DNA of 44,881 bases from a virus. The notes beneath the pieces were generated by a model. That model ran no database searches. It was given only the letters and a program-made list of their open reading frames with translations, and was not told the DNA's origin. Positions 1 to 9,278 of this stretch are shown here, in pieces (position 1 is the first letter of the stretch; the number at the start of each line of letters is the position of its first letter). The stretch spans positions 1 through 44,881 of the IMG/VR virus record IMGVR_UViG_3300020202_000031, one strand, 5' to 3'. The translations under genes were made by a program, and so were the position numbers.

Positions 1-127
1 AGGCCGCGAAGCTGTTCTTCAGGCCTCTGCAAGCGCTCGGCTCCGCATGATGGCTCTGTACTGCTCCAGCGTCATCTCGGGCCTGCGTTCTTCGAAGGAC
101 TCAACTTGTTCAACGGCGATTTCGCAC
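1..127. repeat. Terminal overlap, copy 1 (identical to 44755-44881)
   Basis: Read directly: aggccgcgaagctgttcttc...caacggcgatttcgcac occurs at both ends. A length of 127 is typical of an assembler k-mer overlap on a circular contig. Confidence 0.95.
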
Positions 128-267
128 AGGAACTCGAGAACCACGTCGTTATCACGGAAGATCTCGGCCATGTAGGCCGAGACTCTCATGACGTCTTCAA
201 CCGACTTGCACTCGCGCAGTTCGTCGACTGCGGCTGCGAGCGCTGACTGGGTTGTTACGTCTTCCAC
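19..267 (-). CDS. Hypothetical protein (82 aa)
   Basis: ORF with a GTG start at 267. The 16-bp palindrome CAATACTACAGTATTG lies 5 nt upstream and there is no SD. On the circular map its stop lies just inside the start of the HNH ORF. No recognisable motif. Confidence 0.45.
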   Translation of the reverse strand: MEDVTTQSALAAAVDELRECKSVEDVMRVSAYMAEIFRDNDVVLEFLCEIAVEQVESFEERRPEMTLEQYRAIMRSRALAEA

Positions 268-307
268 ACAATCAATACTACAGTATTGACTGAGTAAGGG
301 AAGAGTA

Positions 308-1120
308 TTACTCGCCCGTGACCCAGAGCTCCGGAAGTTTTATTCTGAACTGATCGCTCTTCGTCTTCGTGAGTTTGAACCCTTCGCGACTCTTCACCAT
401 GGGGTGTGTTGCAACGAACGGACGAAGACGTTCTTTGAGCGAGTCAAGATGCCCCTCAAGGCGCTTGTACTCGATGAGCGATCTGCCGAAGTCTTGCAGC
501 AAGGCGTCCATCTGTTCGTCTTTCACTTCAATGAAATCTAGATCACTCATCTCGGGGGCCTCATCTTTCATGACATGGTTCAGCCAGAAGTTATCAACCG
601 CGGCTTCGATCTCAGCCTGGCGCACTAGGTCGTGTGCGACTTGGATGATATGCATCGTTTCATCTTCCGGGCGGTAGCTGATGAACTCGGCGAAAGCCGC
701 GCCAGAGACGAAGAGGTTCCACTGCACCTGGCACTCGTAGTGCGGAGGGATGATCCCCTTCCCTGCCTTCTCGTGATTGTCGCGGCCCATGCACTTAATC
801 TCAAGAAGCGAGTTGTCGTCGACGTTGTAGCCGTCGTCACTGCACAAGTGCCACGCCTTCTTCCCGTTCCAGGTGCGAGGGCGGTAGGCCTTAAGGCGCT
901 CGGTCTCGAGCTTCATGCGGCAGGCTTCTTCGCCAAGGTGTCCGCGAATGATGTGCGGGAGGCCTGAGAGATCTGGCGGTGTGATGCGCTTCGTCTTCTC
1001 TTGCCACAACTGATACACCGACTTGTAGGGCGAGAGCCCTAGGATTGATGCGACCTCCGAGCCGCCGATGCCTTTAACTCGCCTATCGTGCCATGCGCCG
1101 GATTTTTCGAATGCGCTCAT
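308..1120 (-). CDS. YqaJ-like viral recombinase-family exonuclease (PD-(D/E)XK)
   Basis: N-terminal GIGGSEVASILGLSPYKSVYQLWQEKT is the YqaJ signature. Size is 270 aa and it sits in a recombination module with a Sak4-type ATPase. Confidence 0.8.
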   Translation of the reverse strand: MSAFEKSGAWHDRRVKGIGGSEVASILGLSPYKSVYQLWQEKTKRITPPDLSGLPHIIRGHLGEEACRMKLETERLKAYRPRTWNGKKAWHLCSDDGYNVDDNSLLEIKCMGRDNHEKAGKGIIPPHYECQVQWNLFVSGAAFAEFISYRPEDETMHIIQVAHDLVRQAEIEAAVDNFWLNHVMKDEAPEMSDLDFIEVKDEQMDALLQDFGRSLIEYKRLEGHLDSLKERLRPFVATHPMVKSREGFKLTKTKSDQFRIKLPELWVTGE

Positions 1121-1596
1121 GCAAATCTCCCCCGAGCGTCTCGCGCTCGTGCTCTCCTGTTTTTCGCCTGTTCGGACAACGTTGCCCAGCGACAGTTATC
1201 TGCGCTGTAACCAAGGTTGTTATCTATACGCTCAAGCGTAAGTCCGTTTGACTCGCCCATGTCGGCTAAAAATCGTTCGAACGATGAGAGCCATGCTTCG
1301 CTTACGGTGATGCCGCGACCCCCATATCTCGGGTAGTCCTTTGCCTTCTCGTATGTGCATCGAGCTATCATGCCGCTCCAAATGCGGTGTTCTCGAGTCC
1401 TGGAGAGTCCGTGCCGGTACATCGGGTTCTTCTCTCCCGGCATTGGCGTTACCGGCTTATGACAGCCGCAGGACTTATTCTTCAACCCGGTGTGATAGTT
1501 AGTCTCAAACTCTTTGGAGCAAAGCGGGCATTCAAAGATTCCACGGTATCGATACTTCCCATCCGGTCGGATGAGAAATCTCTTAATGAGTCGCAT
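1117..1596 (-). CDS. Phage DNA-binding / HNH_3-AP2-like protein
   Basis: CxxC...CGC zinc-type N-terminus. C-terminal EHRIWSGMIARC...YGGRGITV...LERIDNNLGYSADNCRWATLSEQ matches a common phage family. ATGA overlap with the exonuclease gene. Confidence 0.5.
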   Translation of the reverse strand: MRLIKRFLIRPDGKYRYRGIFECPLCSKEFETNYHTGLKNKSCGCHKPVTPMPGEKNPMYRHGLSRTREHRIWSGMIARCTYEKAKDYPRYGGRGITVSEAWLSSFERFLADMGESNGLTLERIDNNLGYSADNCRWATLSEQAKNRRARARDARGRFA

Positions 1597-1618
1597 CTGC
1601 CCTCCCCGAGCGTGCTTG

Positions 1619-1951
1619 TTACTTGATTAATCCGCGAGCGCGATACCAAGCCTCAAGCTCGGCGACACTGCGAATGATCCGGTACGTACCGCCGCGTTTC
1701 TCGACTTGGTACTGAAACGCTTTCTGATGCTGCGACTGCACACCACCGGCCGCTTTGTACTCGATCCAGTCGACGCGCCCGTCTGGCAAGAAGCAGACAC
1801 AGTCAGGTAGGCCCTTCGCCTCGAAGGGCGAGAGAGCGCGATAAGCTTTAGCCTTCTCATCATACAGGCCCACGTTCTTCAGCTTGATCGCCCAGAAGCC
1901 CCAGTTGTTGAGTGCCTTCAGACACTCCCTCTCGATCTCCAGCTCCCTCAC
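1619..1951 (-). CDS. VRR-NUC domain nuclease
   Basis: GLPDCVCFLPDGRVDWIEYKAAGG..SQHQ fits the VRR-NUC PD..(D/E)XK...Q pattern. 110 aa, GTG start. Confidence 0.75.
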   Translation of the reverse strand: MRELEIERECLKALNNWGFWAIKLKNVGLYDEKAKAYRALSPFEAKGLPDCVCFLPDGRVDWIEYKAAGGVQSQHQKAFQYQVEKRGGTYRIIRSVAELEAWYRARGLIK

Positions 1952-3611
1952 TGGTACTCATAATAGAGTACTCAAGTAACTTGTCTCTACCTTTGGCGTT
2001 TTTTTCAACGCGAATGCGGACCCGCTGCGTCGGTATGATGAGACGACGCTCAATCGATCGAACATCAAAGTCCGAGCATCCAGCCGCGCGCACGAGATCT
2101 TCCATCAGCTTCTCGTTCTTCTGCCTCGACGCCTTGACGTACATCCACTGCGGCATCGAACGGATCACCATCTCTGGGTTCTTCCAGAAGAAGTTGAAGA
2201 TGACATCCGGGTCAGTTGTCTGAACCTTGAGCATCTTGTTCTCACGTCGCATCGTCTGGCTTCCCCAGCACGAGAACTCCATCAGCTGCACTTCCCATTC
2301 GGTGACCGTCTGCTTCGGACCTAAATACAGAACCGAGTCCTCGTCATTGACGAGCTTAAGCCTGGGCTTGCGCTCTTGTATCTGCGGCATCGTCCCGCAC
2401 TCGATACACGCGACAGGGTCCATGCCGTGCTCTGGGAACTGAAACGTCCCGCACACGTGGCACTGGATGCAGCGCCATTCGAACTCGAGATCCTGCGCCT
2501 TCTTCTTCGTGCCCGTAACAAACGGCGCATCAAGTGGCCCGCAGTTCTTGACGACCTCGCCGTAGTCGAGGACCAGACAATCAGTCTTGCCCGGCGCTGG
2601 CCTCAGCCCTCGCCCGACCATCTGCACATATAAGTTTGCAGCCTTGGTGGGTCGCAAGAGGACGAGTGCGTCGATCGGGGCGTAGTCGAATCCCTCTGCC
2701 ACGATTGTAACGAAGACCAAGTGCCGACAGCCAGGATTTGATTCGAACTCGCCAAGAGATAGTTCTCTCTCGTCGCCATCCAGTGCAGACGTAATGACTG
2801 CGCACTGCTCGCCAAATTCGCGCAGATGGTCAGCGATCCGTCCGGCATGTGAAATGTTAACGGCCGCCCAGATAATCTTCTTTCGATCATGCGTCTTCCC
2901 TAGAGCATCTTCAATCTGGATCCGGGTCTTGCCGTCATCTTGCACGAGCACGTCGAGGTCTCGGGCGGAGAAGTCTCCGGCCACCACCGACAGCTTCGAT
3001 GTATCATAGGTGTGAGATCGATCGGCTCCTCGGAGCTTCGCCTTAACGGTGTACCCTTTCTCAGTCGTCCACGTAAGAGTGCGACTAAAGTGTACCCGGG
3101 GAAAGATCTTATCCTCACCATAGATGTAACCCGACTCCCTAAACGGTGTTGCTGTTAAGCCAAGGACCTTGGCGTCCGGCAGCCGATTAACGATTGCACG
3201 GTACTGCCCTCCCTCATCCATGAGGCGGTGAGCCTCGTCACAGATGACGATATGGAACCCGGACGTCTCTCGACGAGCAGCCGTCTGCACGGATGCAATG
3301 ACAACCTCGCCGGTGAGATCAGTAGAACCCAGCGCCGCGCAGCAGATCGTTGCATCGAGATTTCCAAATCTCTTAAGATCACGTGCGAAAGACCGGATGA
3401 TGGCAATCTTTGGGACGAGCACCAACACACGAAGCTGAGGGTTGTCTCGCTTGACGTCGGCAATGAGGCCACTCGCTGTGGCGGTCTTTCCGGACCCCGT
3501 GGGGAGCTGCCATAGGACAGCCCTATCCCCTCCCCTCCAGATCGACCGTGCACAGCGAATGGCTTCAAGTTGGTAGTCCCTTAACTCAGTAGCTGATGCC
3601 ACCAGCAGCAT
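1860..3611 (-). CDS. Superfamily-2 DEAD/DEAH-box DNA helicase with internal zinc ribbon
   Basis: LPTGSGKT (Walker A), ICDEAH (motif II), LTATP, VGRGLR (motif VI), and CIQCHVCG...CIECG. The start is placed at Met22 of the tracked ORF to limit overlap with the upstream gene. The 3' end overlaps the VRR-NUC start by 92 nt. Confidence 0.85.
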   Translation of the reverse strand: MLLVASATELRDYQLEAIRCARSIWRGGDRAVLWQLPTGSGKTATASGLIADVKRDNPQLRVLVLVPKIAIIRSFARDLKRFGNLDATICCAALGSTDLTGEVVIASVQTAARRETSGFHIVICDEAHRLMDEGGQYRAIVNRLPDAKVLGLTATPFRESGYIYGEDKIFPRVHFSRTLTWTTEKGYTVKAKLRGADRSHTYDTSKLSVVAGDFSARDLDVLVQDDGKTRIQIEDALGKTHDRKKIIWAAVNISHAGRIADHLREFGEQCAVITSALDGDERELSLGEFESNPGCRHLVFVTIVAEGFDYAPIDALVLLRPTKAANLYVQMVGRGLRPAPGKTDCLVLDYGEVVKNCGPLDAPFVTGTKKKAQDLEFEWRCIQCHVCGTFQFPEHGMDPVACIECGTMPQIQERKPRLKLVNDEDSVLYLGPKQTVTEWEVQLMEFSCWGSQTMRRENKMLKVQTTDPDVIFNFFWKNPEMVIRSMPQWMYVKASRQKNEKLMEDLVRAAGCSDFDVRSIERRLIIPTQRVRIRVEKNAKGRDKLLEYSIMSTSEGAGDREGVSEGTQQLGLLGDQAEERGPV

Positions 3612-4017
3612 CCTGCTTGGTGATCGGCTGATCAACGTCCAAGAACGAGAGCGAGTAGTTGGTGTACTTGTCACCAGGCTTCTTCTCGCGATGCTTGACG
3701 CGGACCTTTACCGGAATGCCCTTCAGGTAAGCAGCCAGTTCCGGAAACGTTCCGAAGTTTTGCTTCGCCTGAGCAACGCCAGCGGTGAGGAGCTTAACAA
3801 CTCCCTTCTTAGCGATCTCAGCCGACTTCGGGTGCTCGAGGTTGAAGCGCTCACGGAGCTTAGCCCCGGTGTCGAGCTTCATCTCAACGACGATCGTCTG
3901 GTGGCCAGCTTCAGTCTTCGTGACTTCAGCCTTCTCCACGCGACCCGTGTACTCGCCTTCCGGCACCACGCCGCCCGACTTAACTTCTTGAACGTCTTTA
4001 TCTGTGAACGAAAACAT
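3586..4017 (-). CDS. DUF669-like phage single-strand DNA-binding-type protein
   Basis: VPEGEYTGRVEKAEVTKTEAGHQTIVVEM resembles the DUF669 N-terminus. It holds the canonical position between a Sak4-type ATPase and a helicase. Confidence 0.55.
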   Translation of the reverse strand: MFSFTDKDVQEVKSGGVVPEGEYTGRVEKAEVTKTEAGHQTIVVEMKLDTGAKLRERFNLEHPKSAEIAKKGVVKLLTAGVAQAKQNFGTFPELAAYLKGIPVKVRVKHREKKPGDKYTNYSLSFLDVDQPITKQDAAGGISY

Positions 4018-4057
4018 CTTCCTAATTCCTCCCTAGATGTTTGTTGTTGCGAAATGC

Positions 4058-4792
4058 TTAGAGCGCTAGCTGCTTGGCCTCTTCGCGGATCTTGCCCAAG
4101 ATCGCAAAGAGGTTCGGTTCCTCAAGTTCAGCCAGCGCCTTGCTACGCGTCTTGGCTTGAGTTCTAGCCGTCGTCTTCGTAACGAGCTTACGATTCTTCT
4201 CGGCATCCACGATCATGCGGTAGCATTCATCGAACGCAGGCATGAGGTATTCCTTGATCTTCTTCCCGCCGATGTCGGGGAACGCCTTCGGCAGACCATC
4301 ATCGCCGTCAATGTGGCCCTCTAAAGCCGTCACGATCACGGTGTAGTGACCGAGATCGCGGAAGAACTTGAGGAACGCCTGCATCATGGCGGTGTATTCG
4401 CCCCAGGCTTTAAAGCCATCGTGCTCTTGCTGCATGCGCTTCAACACGTTCTGGGCGATCTCAGTCAGAGAGTCGATGTAGATGAACTTGTACTTCGCCT
4501 TCACCTCAGGACGCTGCACGAAGGCCATGAACTCCTTCAAGCGCTCAAGCCGCGCCTCTTCTGGGATCATCTCGCCTGTCTCGGTGCGAGCGAGCGGGAT
4601 GGAGTCGATTGACGTGCCTCTGAGCGATGCAATGCCGCTCTCTGCATCAAGGATCAACACCTCGTTCTGCGGGAGCGTTGCAGCCATCGACGTCTTCCCA
4701 ATGCCCGACGGGCCGTAGAGAAGAATGTAGCTAGGCTTAAACGCAATGTCCTTCGTGTTGAAGGTCTTCACTGCGTGCCGCCTTGAAACCAC
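4058..4792 (-). CDS. Sak4-like RecA-fold AAA ATPase (recombination mediator)
   Basis: Walker A at LLYGPSGIGKTS and a Walker B-like FIYIDSL. About 240 aa, in the expected module context. Confidence 0.7.
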   Translation of the reverse strand: MVSRRHAVKTFNTKDIAFKPSYILLYGPSGIGKTSMAATLPQNEVLILDAESGIASLRGTSIDSIPLARTETGEMIPEEARLERLKEFMAFVQRPEVKAKYKFIYIDSLTEIAQNVLKRMQQEHDGFKAWGEYTAMMQAFLKFFRDLGHYTVIVTALEGHIDGDDGLPKAFPDIGGKKIKEYLMPAFDECYRMIVDAEKNRKLVTKTTARTQAKTRSKALAELEEPNLFAILGKIREEAKQLAL

Positions 4793-4977
4793 GACGACAC
4801 GGGAACTTCTTGCTTCGATTTGTCTGCGATCTTCACCATCGTGCGAGGTGATGGAACCTGGATGCCGCGAGAGTAAAACGAGGCAGAACTAAGACTGATC
4901 CCGAGTTTCTTCGCTGCGACTTTGAGATGCTCGAATCGACTCACATAGTCGACGAACACCTTATTCTTTTTAAGCAT
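4768..4977 (-). CDS. Cro/YdaS-like HTH regulator
   Basis: 69 aa. AAKKLGISLSSASFYSRGIQVPSPRT fits a Cro/YdaS-type HTH. It is the first gene of the leftward early operon, at the divergent control region. Confidence 0.55.
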   Translation of the reverse strand: MLKKNKVFVDYVSRFEHLKVAAKKLGISLSSASFYSRGIQVPSPRTMVKIADKSKQEVPVSSWFQGGTQ

Positions 4978-5069
4978 TGTTGCCCTCCCTTTGTGAAGAT
5001 GACTTAATCATTACTCACTTGGGTACACAAGCTTACTTACCTAAATTTACTTGATGCGGAGGATAAACT
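4978..5069. promoter_or_regulatory. Divergent early control region
   Basis: A 92-bp spacer between the leftward cro-like gene and the rightward primase gene. It contains three direct TTACT(C/T)(A/G) words (aTTACTCAc, cTTACTTAc, tTTACTTGa) and the SD ggagg of the primase gene. Confidence 0.45.
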
Positions 5070-7409
5070 ATGGCGCACAACGTCTACTCTACTTTTGCCG
5101 CGAGCTTCTACGAGCTCGGCTACAACGTGATCCCCGTCACGGGAAAATTCCCTGTGACGAAGGGCTGGAGTCACTGGTCAAAGCATCGCATGAGCCAGAT
5201 GGAATTCGATCAGCTCGTTGCAGAGAACATGTCGCGAGCAAACGGCATCGGCGTCGTCTGCGGACTGGGAGTCGTTGCAATTGACATCGACATCGATAAC
5301 CACGCGCTGATCGATCAGCTGCCGCCAACACCCATGAAGAAGTTCGGGAAGAAAGGTGTCACAGCCTTCTACCGGGTTGATGGTGAGTGGAGGTCACGTC
5401 GCGATACGCAAGTCATCCCGGTTGAGCTCCTCGCTGTCGGCGCGCAGACCGTGATGCCGCCGTCTATCTATCCGGGGCTTGATATCAAGAACGCCTCGCT
5501 TCGCTACCAGTGGGTGGGCGAATCAGATGGCCCGGTCGATATCTCAGAGCTCCCGCTTGTTCCTGATCCTCACGCTCTTTATGAGACGCTTAAGTCCTAC
5601 TGCGTGAAGCACTCGATTGTTCGCGACATGAGGGCGCTGCAAGAGCGCAATCCTGAGGCTGATCGCCTTGGCACCGAGACAGCTGTGCCCGAGTACGGCG
5701 TAGGTAATCGCAACAATTTTCTATCAAAGGTGGCGTATGCCATCGCATGCGACATGTACATCGATCATTTGAGTGAAGAGCAGGCAGCGATGAAGCTCCT
5801 CGAGGTCGACCGCAAGGTCCACGGAGCTCGTGCCTGGTTCGATGACAAGGAAGAGACCAAGGGCAAGAGCGCAGAGGACGCGGCTCGCGAGTTCTTCCAC
5901 CGAGCGTATAAGAAGGCCTCGCTTGATGATGAGATCATCGAGTTCAACCTGACGATCGAGGACACAGGCAACCCTGAGATCGAGGTGCCAGACAATAGCG
6001 TTGATACGCCGAAGTTCCTCTATAAACGCGCCACGACTCAAGAATGGCAGGACCTCATTAACGAAGTCCCGATCCTGCTCGAGTTCGCGAAGTTCCTCCA
6101 CTCGAGGACTCCGGACTACAGCCCGTGCCTCGCCATGGGCGCAGGGCTCTCTCTTCTCTCGATCCTCTCTTCCAACATCTACGAGTTCAACGGCATCAGA
6201 ACCAACCTCTACGCCTTCAACATCGCGCCGACTGGCTTCGGCAAGACCGCGCCCCAGCAGGCGCTCCATCAACTCCTGATGGCAACGCCTGGCGGTGAGG
6301 CTCTTCTGGGCTTTGAGTCCTACCGCTCAGCCCAAGCCATCTACACCGGGCTCAATCAGAACTCCCGCCATGCACGTATCGACATCCAGGACGAAGTCGG
6401 CGAGCTCTTCGTCAAAGCAGCCGACAAGAACAACTCCACCATGTCGACAGCCCCCGACGTCATGGCGAAGCTCTTCACCTCAAGCGCTACAACGCTCGGC
6501 AAGCAGGCCAAGATCAAGGGCGATAAGAACGACTCTCAGATCGTCCCGGTCTCGAACCCCTTCGTTACCTGGTTCGCCTCGACCACGCCGTCTGGCTTCC
6601 GTTCCTTCATCCTCAACCAAGCAATCGTCTCGAAGGGCCTGGCCGGCCGCGTTCTCTACTTCATCGAAGACCGTGACGCCATCCTCGCCTGGCGGGACAT
6701 GTCGATCTACTCAGCGTCAGTCAAAGACCCGCCTCCACACCTCATCAACTACGCAGCCGAGCTCCTGTCGCTTGCCGTTGACCTGGGCGACACAGGTGGC
6801 GGTGTCCTCGACTCAACAACGCTCAGGCCCATCAAGGCCCGGCCGATCAGGGCACCGAAGGATGTCGCAGACCATTACTCGACGCTTGTGCACGAGAAGA
6901 TCAGGACGGTTGGCGTCACGCTTCTTCGAGAGGTCCGAGACGTTGATCCCTTCGCCGAAGAGCCGCCGATGGCACGGATCCTGGGTCAGGGGCCTGTGCT
7001 CTTCGCCAAGCTCTGTGCGCTCTACTGGCTTGGCCACGGGCGCTGGGCTGCACCGCTCAACCGCCAAGCAGTCGACTGGGCATACCGTGTGTACGAGGCG
7101 TCGCTCGCTAACGTCGAGTACGTGTTGGCGTCTGAGTCGCATGACGTGCAGGCTATCCGCTTCCAGAAGTCGATTGAGAACTGGCTCATGCAGCACTCCG
7201 ACCGATACCACCGGGGGGATAACCTCAAAGCCAAGGTCGGCTACTTCTGGAAGAAGATCATCGGCCGCCAGCCGACGGTTCCGGAGATCGACGGGTACTT
7301 CAAATCGCTCCTCAACACGGGCGTTATCGCTGACGCCGGACACGATAAGAGCGGTCGCCGGGTGTACTCGATCCCCCGACCTGAGCTTCAGGAGACGCTC
7401 GAAAACTAA
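5070..7409 (+). CDS. Bifunctional primase-polymerase (Prim-Pol) fused to a DUF3987-type P-loop helicase
   Basis: N-terminus YNVIPVTGKFPVTKGW and VVAIDIDID (DxD) fit Prim-Pol. A central PriCT-like segment follows, then the P-loop APTGFGKTAP. 779 aa. Confidence 0.8.
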   Translation: MAHNVYSTFAASFYELGYNVIPVTGKFPVTKGWSHWSKHRMSQMEFDQLVAENMSRANGIGVVCGLGVVAIDIDIDNHALIDQLPPTPMKKFGKKGVTAFYRVDGEWRSRRDTQVIPVELLAVGAQTVMPPSIYPGLDIKNASLRYQWVGESDGPVDISELPLVPDPHALYETLKSYCVKHSIVRDMRALQERNPEADRLGTETAVPEYGVGNRNNFLSKVAYAIACDMYIDHLSEEQAAMKLLEVDRKVHGARAWFDDKEETKGKSAEDAAREFFHRAYKKASLDDEIIEFNLTIEDTGNPEIEVPDNSVDTPKFLYKRATTQEWQDLINEVPILLEFAKFLHSRTPDYSPCLAMGAGLSLLSILSSNIYEFNGIRTNLYAFNIAPTGFGKTAPQQALHQLLMATPGGEALLGFESYRSAQAIYTGLNQNSRHARIDIQDEVGELFVKAADKNNSTMSTAPDVMAKLFTSSATTLGKQAKIKGDKNDSQIVPVSNPFVTWFASTTPSGFRSFILNQAIVSKGLAGRVLYFIEDRDAILAWRDMSIYSASVKDPPPHLINYAAELLSLAVDLGDTGGGVLDSTTLRPIKARPIRAPKDVADHYSTLVHEKIRTVGVTLLREVRDVDPFAEEPPMARILGQGPVLFAKLCALYWLGHGRWAAPLNRQAVDWAYRVYEASLANVEYVLASESHDVQAIRFQKSIENWLMQHSDRYHRGDNLKAKVGYFWKKIIGRQPTVPEIDGYFKSLLNTGVIADAGHDKSGRRVYSIPRPELQETLEN

Positions 7410-7710
7410 GGAGGAGCTATCCCGCTGCAATTGCTCGGGATAGCGTCCGTTCCTACGATTTCCTGCCTAAAACCCCTATAGAGAGGAGAGGCTGAAAAAG
7501 CCGGACGAGGGGGGGGTCTTTAGGTATATTAATAAAAAAACCCCCTATATATCTCTCTATAAGAATAAGAACTCAGTAACTTAGAACTGCCTGGCTGGCC
7601 ACTAGGCGCTGGAATGGTTTCCGGTAGTTGGCCGCAGGAAACTGACTAAATTACCTAAAATTGCCACACTGCGTTAATATAAAAATGTCGCAATAGGTGT
7701 CGCGATCGGT
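7410..7710. other. Convergent AT-rich intergenic spacer (terminator and/or origin candidate)
   Basis: No ORF. Contains a G8 run, the AT-rich block taggtatattaataaaaaaa, the inverted repeat TATAGAGAG (7477-7485) / CTCTCTATA (7553-7561), and the words CTAAATTAC / CTAAAATTG. Confidence 0.3.
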
Positions 7711-7953
7711 TCAGGAGCCGACGACCTTCTTGCACTTTGAGAGCTGGGTTGAGACGCGTACAAGCTGCGTTGGCCCAGCCTTCTTAAGCTCTGGCTTGAT
7801 GGGCTCGATGTGAACCTCGCGGTCGTTCAGACCTGCCCACCAGCCACCCATATAGACGATGCGCCCTACCCCACGGCGGATGATGTGGCTCTCGTACTGG
7901 ACGATGTCGCCTACGGCTATCGTCGCATCAACTGCGGCGGCCTTCTTACTCAA
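7711..7953 (-). CDS. Hypothetical protein (about 80 aa; start uncertain)
   Basis: This is the 3' part of tracked ORF 7711-8076. A TTG at 7953 overlaps the stop of the upstream gene. The longer N-terminal extension would overlap the better-supported ABA-sandwich ORF. Confidence 0.4.
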   Translation of the reverse strand: MSKKAAAVDATIAVGDIVQYESHIIRRGVGRIVYMGGWWAGLNDREVHIEPIKPELKKAGPTQLVRVSTQLSKCKKVVGS

Positions 7954-8308
7954 TAGTAACTCCGGCGTATCGAAGCGAGCCCAAGCAGATCGCTCGAGGC
8001 TCTGAGTCAGTCCACGACCCTTCGAATCCATCTCCGCGCAGTCGGTAGATGCAACCACCGTCGGGCCCGCGGTCAAAGTCGATATGCATCTGTGGTGATC
8101 GGCCCGCTTGTCTTAGCCGGTCGCTCAACTCTAGAAGCACATCGAAGGCTGCATGCATGTCCGTGGCGTACGGCTTCGGATCGGGACCATAGGGCCCTCG
8201 CACATGGGCCGTTACCCCCTGCAGCTCCACTGAGGGCACGGAAAGCGGGAGGTGCATGAACTCGCTGTGCACCAGCTGGGAGATGAGAGCATCGTCCGGT
8301 CGGTTCAT
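7946..8308 (-). CDS. Phage ABA-sandwich-domain-like protein
   Basis: KPYATDMHAAFDVLLEL...EPRAICLGSLRYAGV matches the recalled pattern of the Phage_ABA_S family (pYStD..aAw.v..kl ... AIC.AAL.A.G). Confidence 0.5.
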   Translation of the reverse strand: MNRPDDALISQLVHSEFMHLPLSVPSVELQGVTAHVRGPYGPDPKPYATDMHAAFDVLLELSDRLRQAGRSPQMHIDFDRGPDGGCIYRLRGDGFEGSWTDSEPRAICLGSLRYAGVTIE

Positions 8309-8550
8309 GTCAGCTGCTCCCTGTCGACTAAGAGCGCCGACACCACGTTCAATAGTTCATACTTCTCTCTCAAGTCCTTAACCTCCCTCTTGAGCATGGC
8401 GATAGTTTGCCGGTCGCTCGGCTTCCGTTGCTTGTTCTTTGTTGCTCTTGCATTTCGGATCTTCGACATGAGGTTCGTTCTCATCGTGGTGCGATCCGAA
8501 AACAAGATGTGGAAAAAAAATCGTGGTTGAGCGAGCTCATCGCGGTGCAC
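8305..8550 (-). CDS. Small basic protein (about 81 aa)
   Basis: An in-frame GTG at 8550 is preceded by aaggagg 9 nt upstream. The tracked TTG start at 8607 has no SD. The C-terminal half is a charged helix. ATGA-type overlap with the downstream gene. Confidence 0.4.
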   Translation of the reverse strand: MHRDELAQPRFFFHILFSDRTTMRTNLMSKIRNARATKNKQRKPSDRQTIAMLKREVKDLREKYELLNVVSALLVDREQLT

Positions 8551-8711
8551 GTAAGAGCACCTCCTTACGAGGGAGATGGGGCTTAGGTCGCCGTTGATGA
8601 CGAACAATTCATGAGTTGCGTCGACGACACGGTGCCGCTCGAAAACAGTTTTCGTTGAGCGTGAAGCGCACTTGCCTGAGAGACAAGTGGTCGTGGGATG
8701 TTGACCAATGT

Positions 8712-9278
8712 CTACGACGCCCGACGGCGCTTGAACGCGTTGAGCACGTCGTTATGGCGTAGACTCATCTCGATCTTGCGCACGTATGCCATGGTGGATG
8801 AAATGTTCTTGTGCCCAAGGTGGTCTTTCAGGAACAAGATGTCCTTACTTCCGGAATACAGGAATGCTGCGAAGGCTGACCTGAGTGAGTGAAGCGAGCT
8901 GCCCTGAGGCATACGAAGCCTCCGCTTGTACTTGGCGTAGAGCTTGCGAAGGGAGACCTTGCGGCTCTCGATGAGGTCAGCGTCCGACTGGTGGCCGCCA
9001 AGCCACTCGTAGGTGCGGAGATAGCGTCTGAGCTGGTGAGCGAAGTCAGGAGGCAGTGGGACAGGATGGTCGAGTGATCCTTTAACAGCGGTAATCTCGC
9101 ACACAGCGCGCTTTGATGAGACGTGGATGCAGTCCTCGGTCAAGGTCACCATCTCGTGTGTGCGCCCACCAAGACGCAGGAAGGCCTCCAGCACGAGCCG
9201 GTCGTTCGGGTCCTTGATGTATCGCTCGAGGTTCTCGAGGAGTGTTGAGGCTTGCTCAGGACTTAGGTTTAGAGCCAC
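8712..9278 (-). CDS. Minimal tyrosine site-specific recombinase (catalytic domain only)
   Basis: The catalytic set is present: R (GGRTHEM), K (AVKGS), HxxR (HSLRSAF), H (LGHKN), Y (STMAYV). At 188 aa there is no room for an N-terminal arm-binding domain. Confidence 0.75.
   Translation of the reverse strand: MALNLSPEQASTLLENLERYIKDPNDRLVLEAFLRLGGRTHEMVTLTEDCIHVSSKRAVCEITAVKGSLDHPVPLPPDFAHQLRRYLRTYEWLGGHQSDADLIESRKVSLRKLYAKYKRRLRMPQGSSLHSLRSAFAAFLYSGSKDILFLKDHLGHKNISSTMAYVRKIEMSLRHNDVLNAFKRRRAS

Noticed and set aside
1-127. A biological direct terminal repeat (T7-like DTR).
   Set aside because: The 127-bp length matches a common assembler k-mer, and the repeat falls in the middle of coding sequence of the early operon. 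Read-level data are needed, so this is not fully excluded.
6295-7443. A 382-aa + strand ORF, plus 5724-6272(-) and 6813-7430(-), overlapping the primase-helicase gene.
   Set aside because: These are out-of-frame or antisense to a 779-aa ORF with Prim-Pol and P-loop motifs. The products are S/R/T/P-rich with no motifs.
7655-7675. A sigma-54 type promoter (TGGCAC-N5-TTGC) that might partner the Fis-type HTH protein.
   Set aside because: GTGGCAAT on the minus strand has no correctly spaced TTGC -12 element. The HTH protein has no AAA+ activator domain. No other -24/-12 match was noticed in the intergenic regions.
7954-8076. The N-terminal 41 residues of tracked ORF 7711-8076.
   Set aside because: This extension overlaps the 3' end of the ABA-sandwich-like ORF, whose C-terminal motif (EPRAICLGSLRYAGV) supports that frame. 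An in-frame TTG at 7953 removes the conflict.
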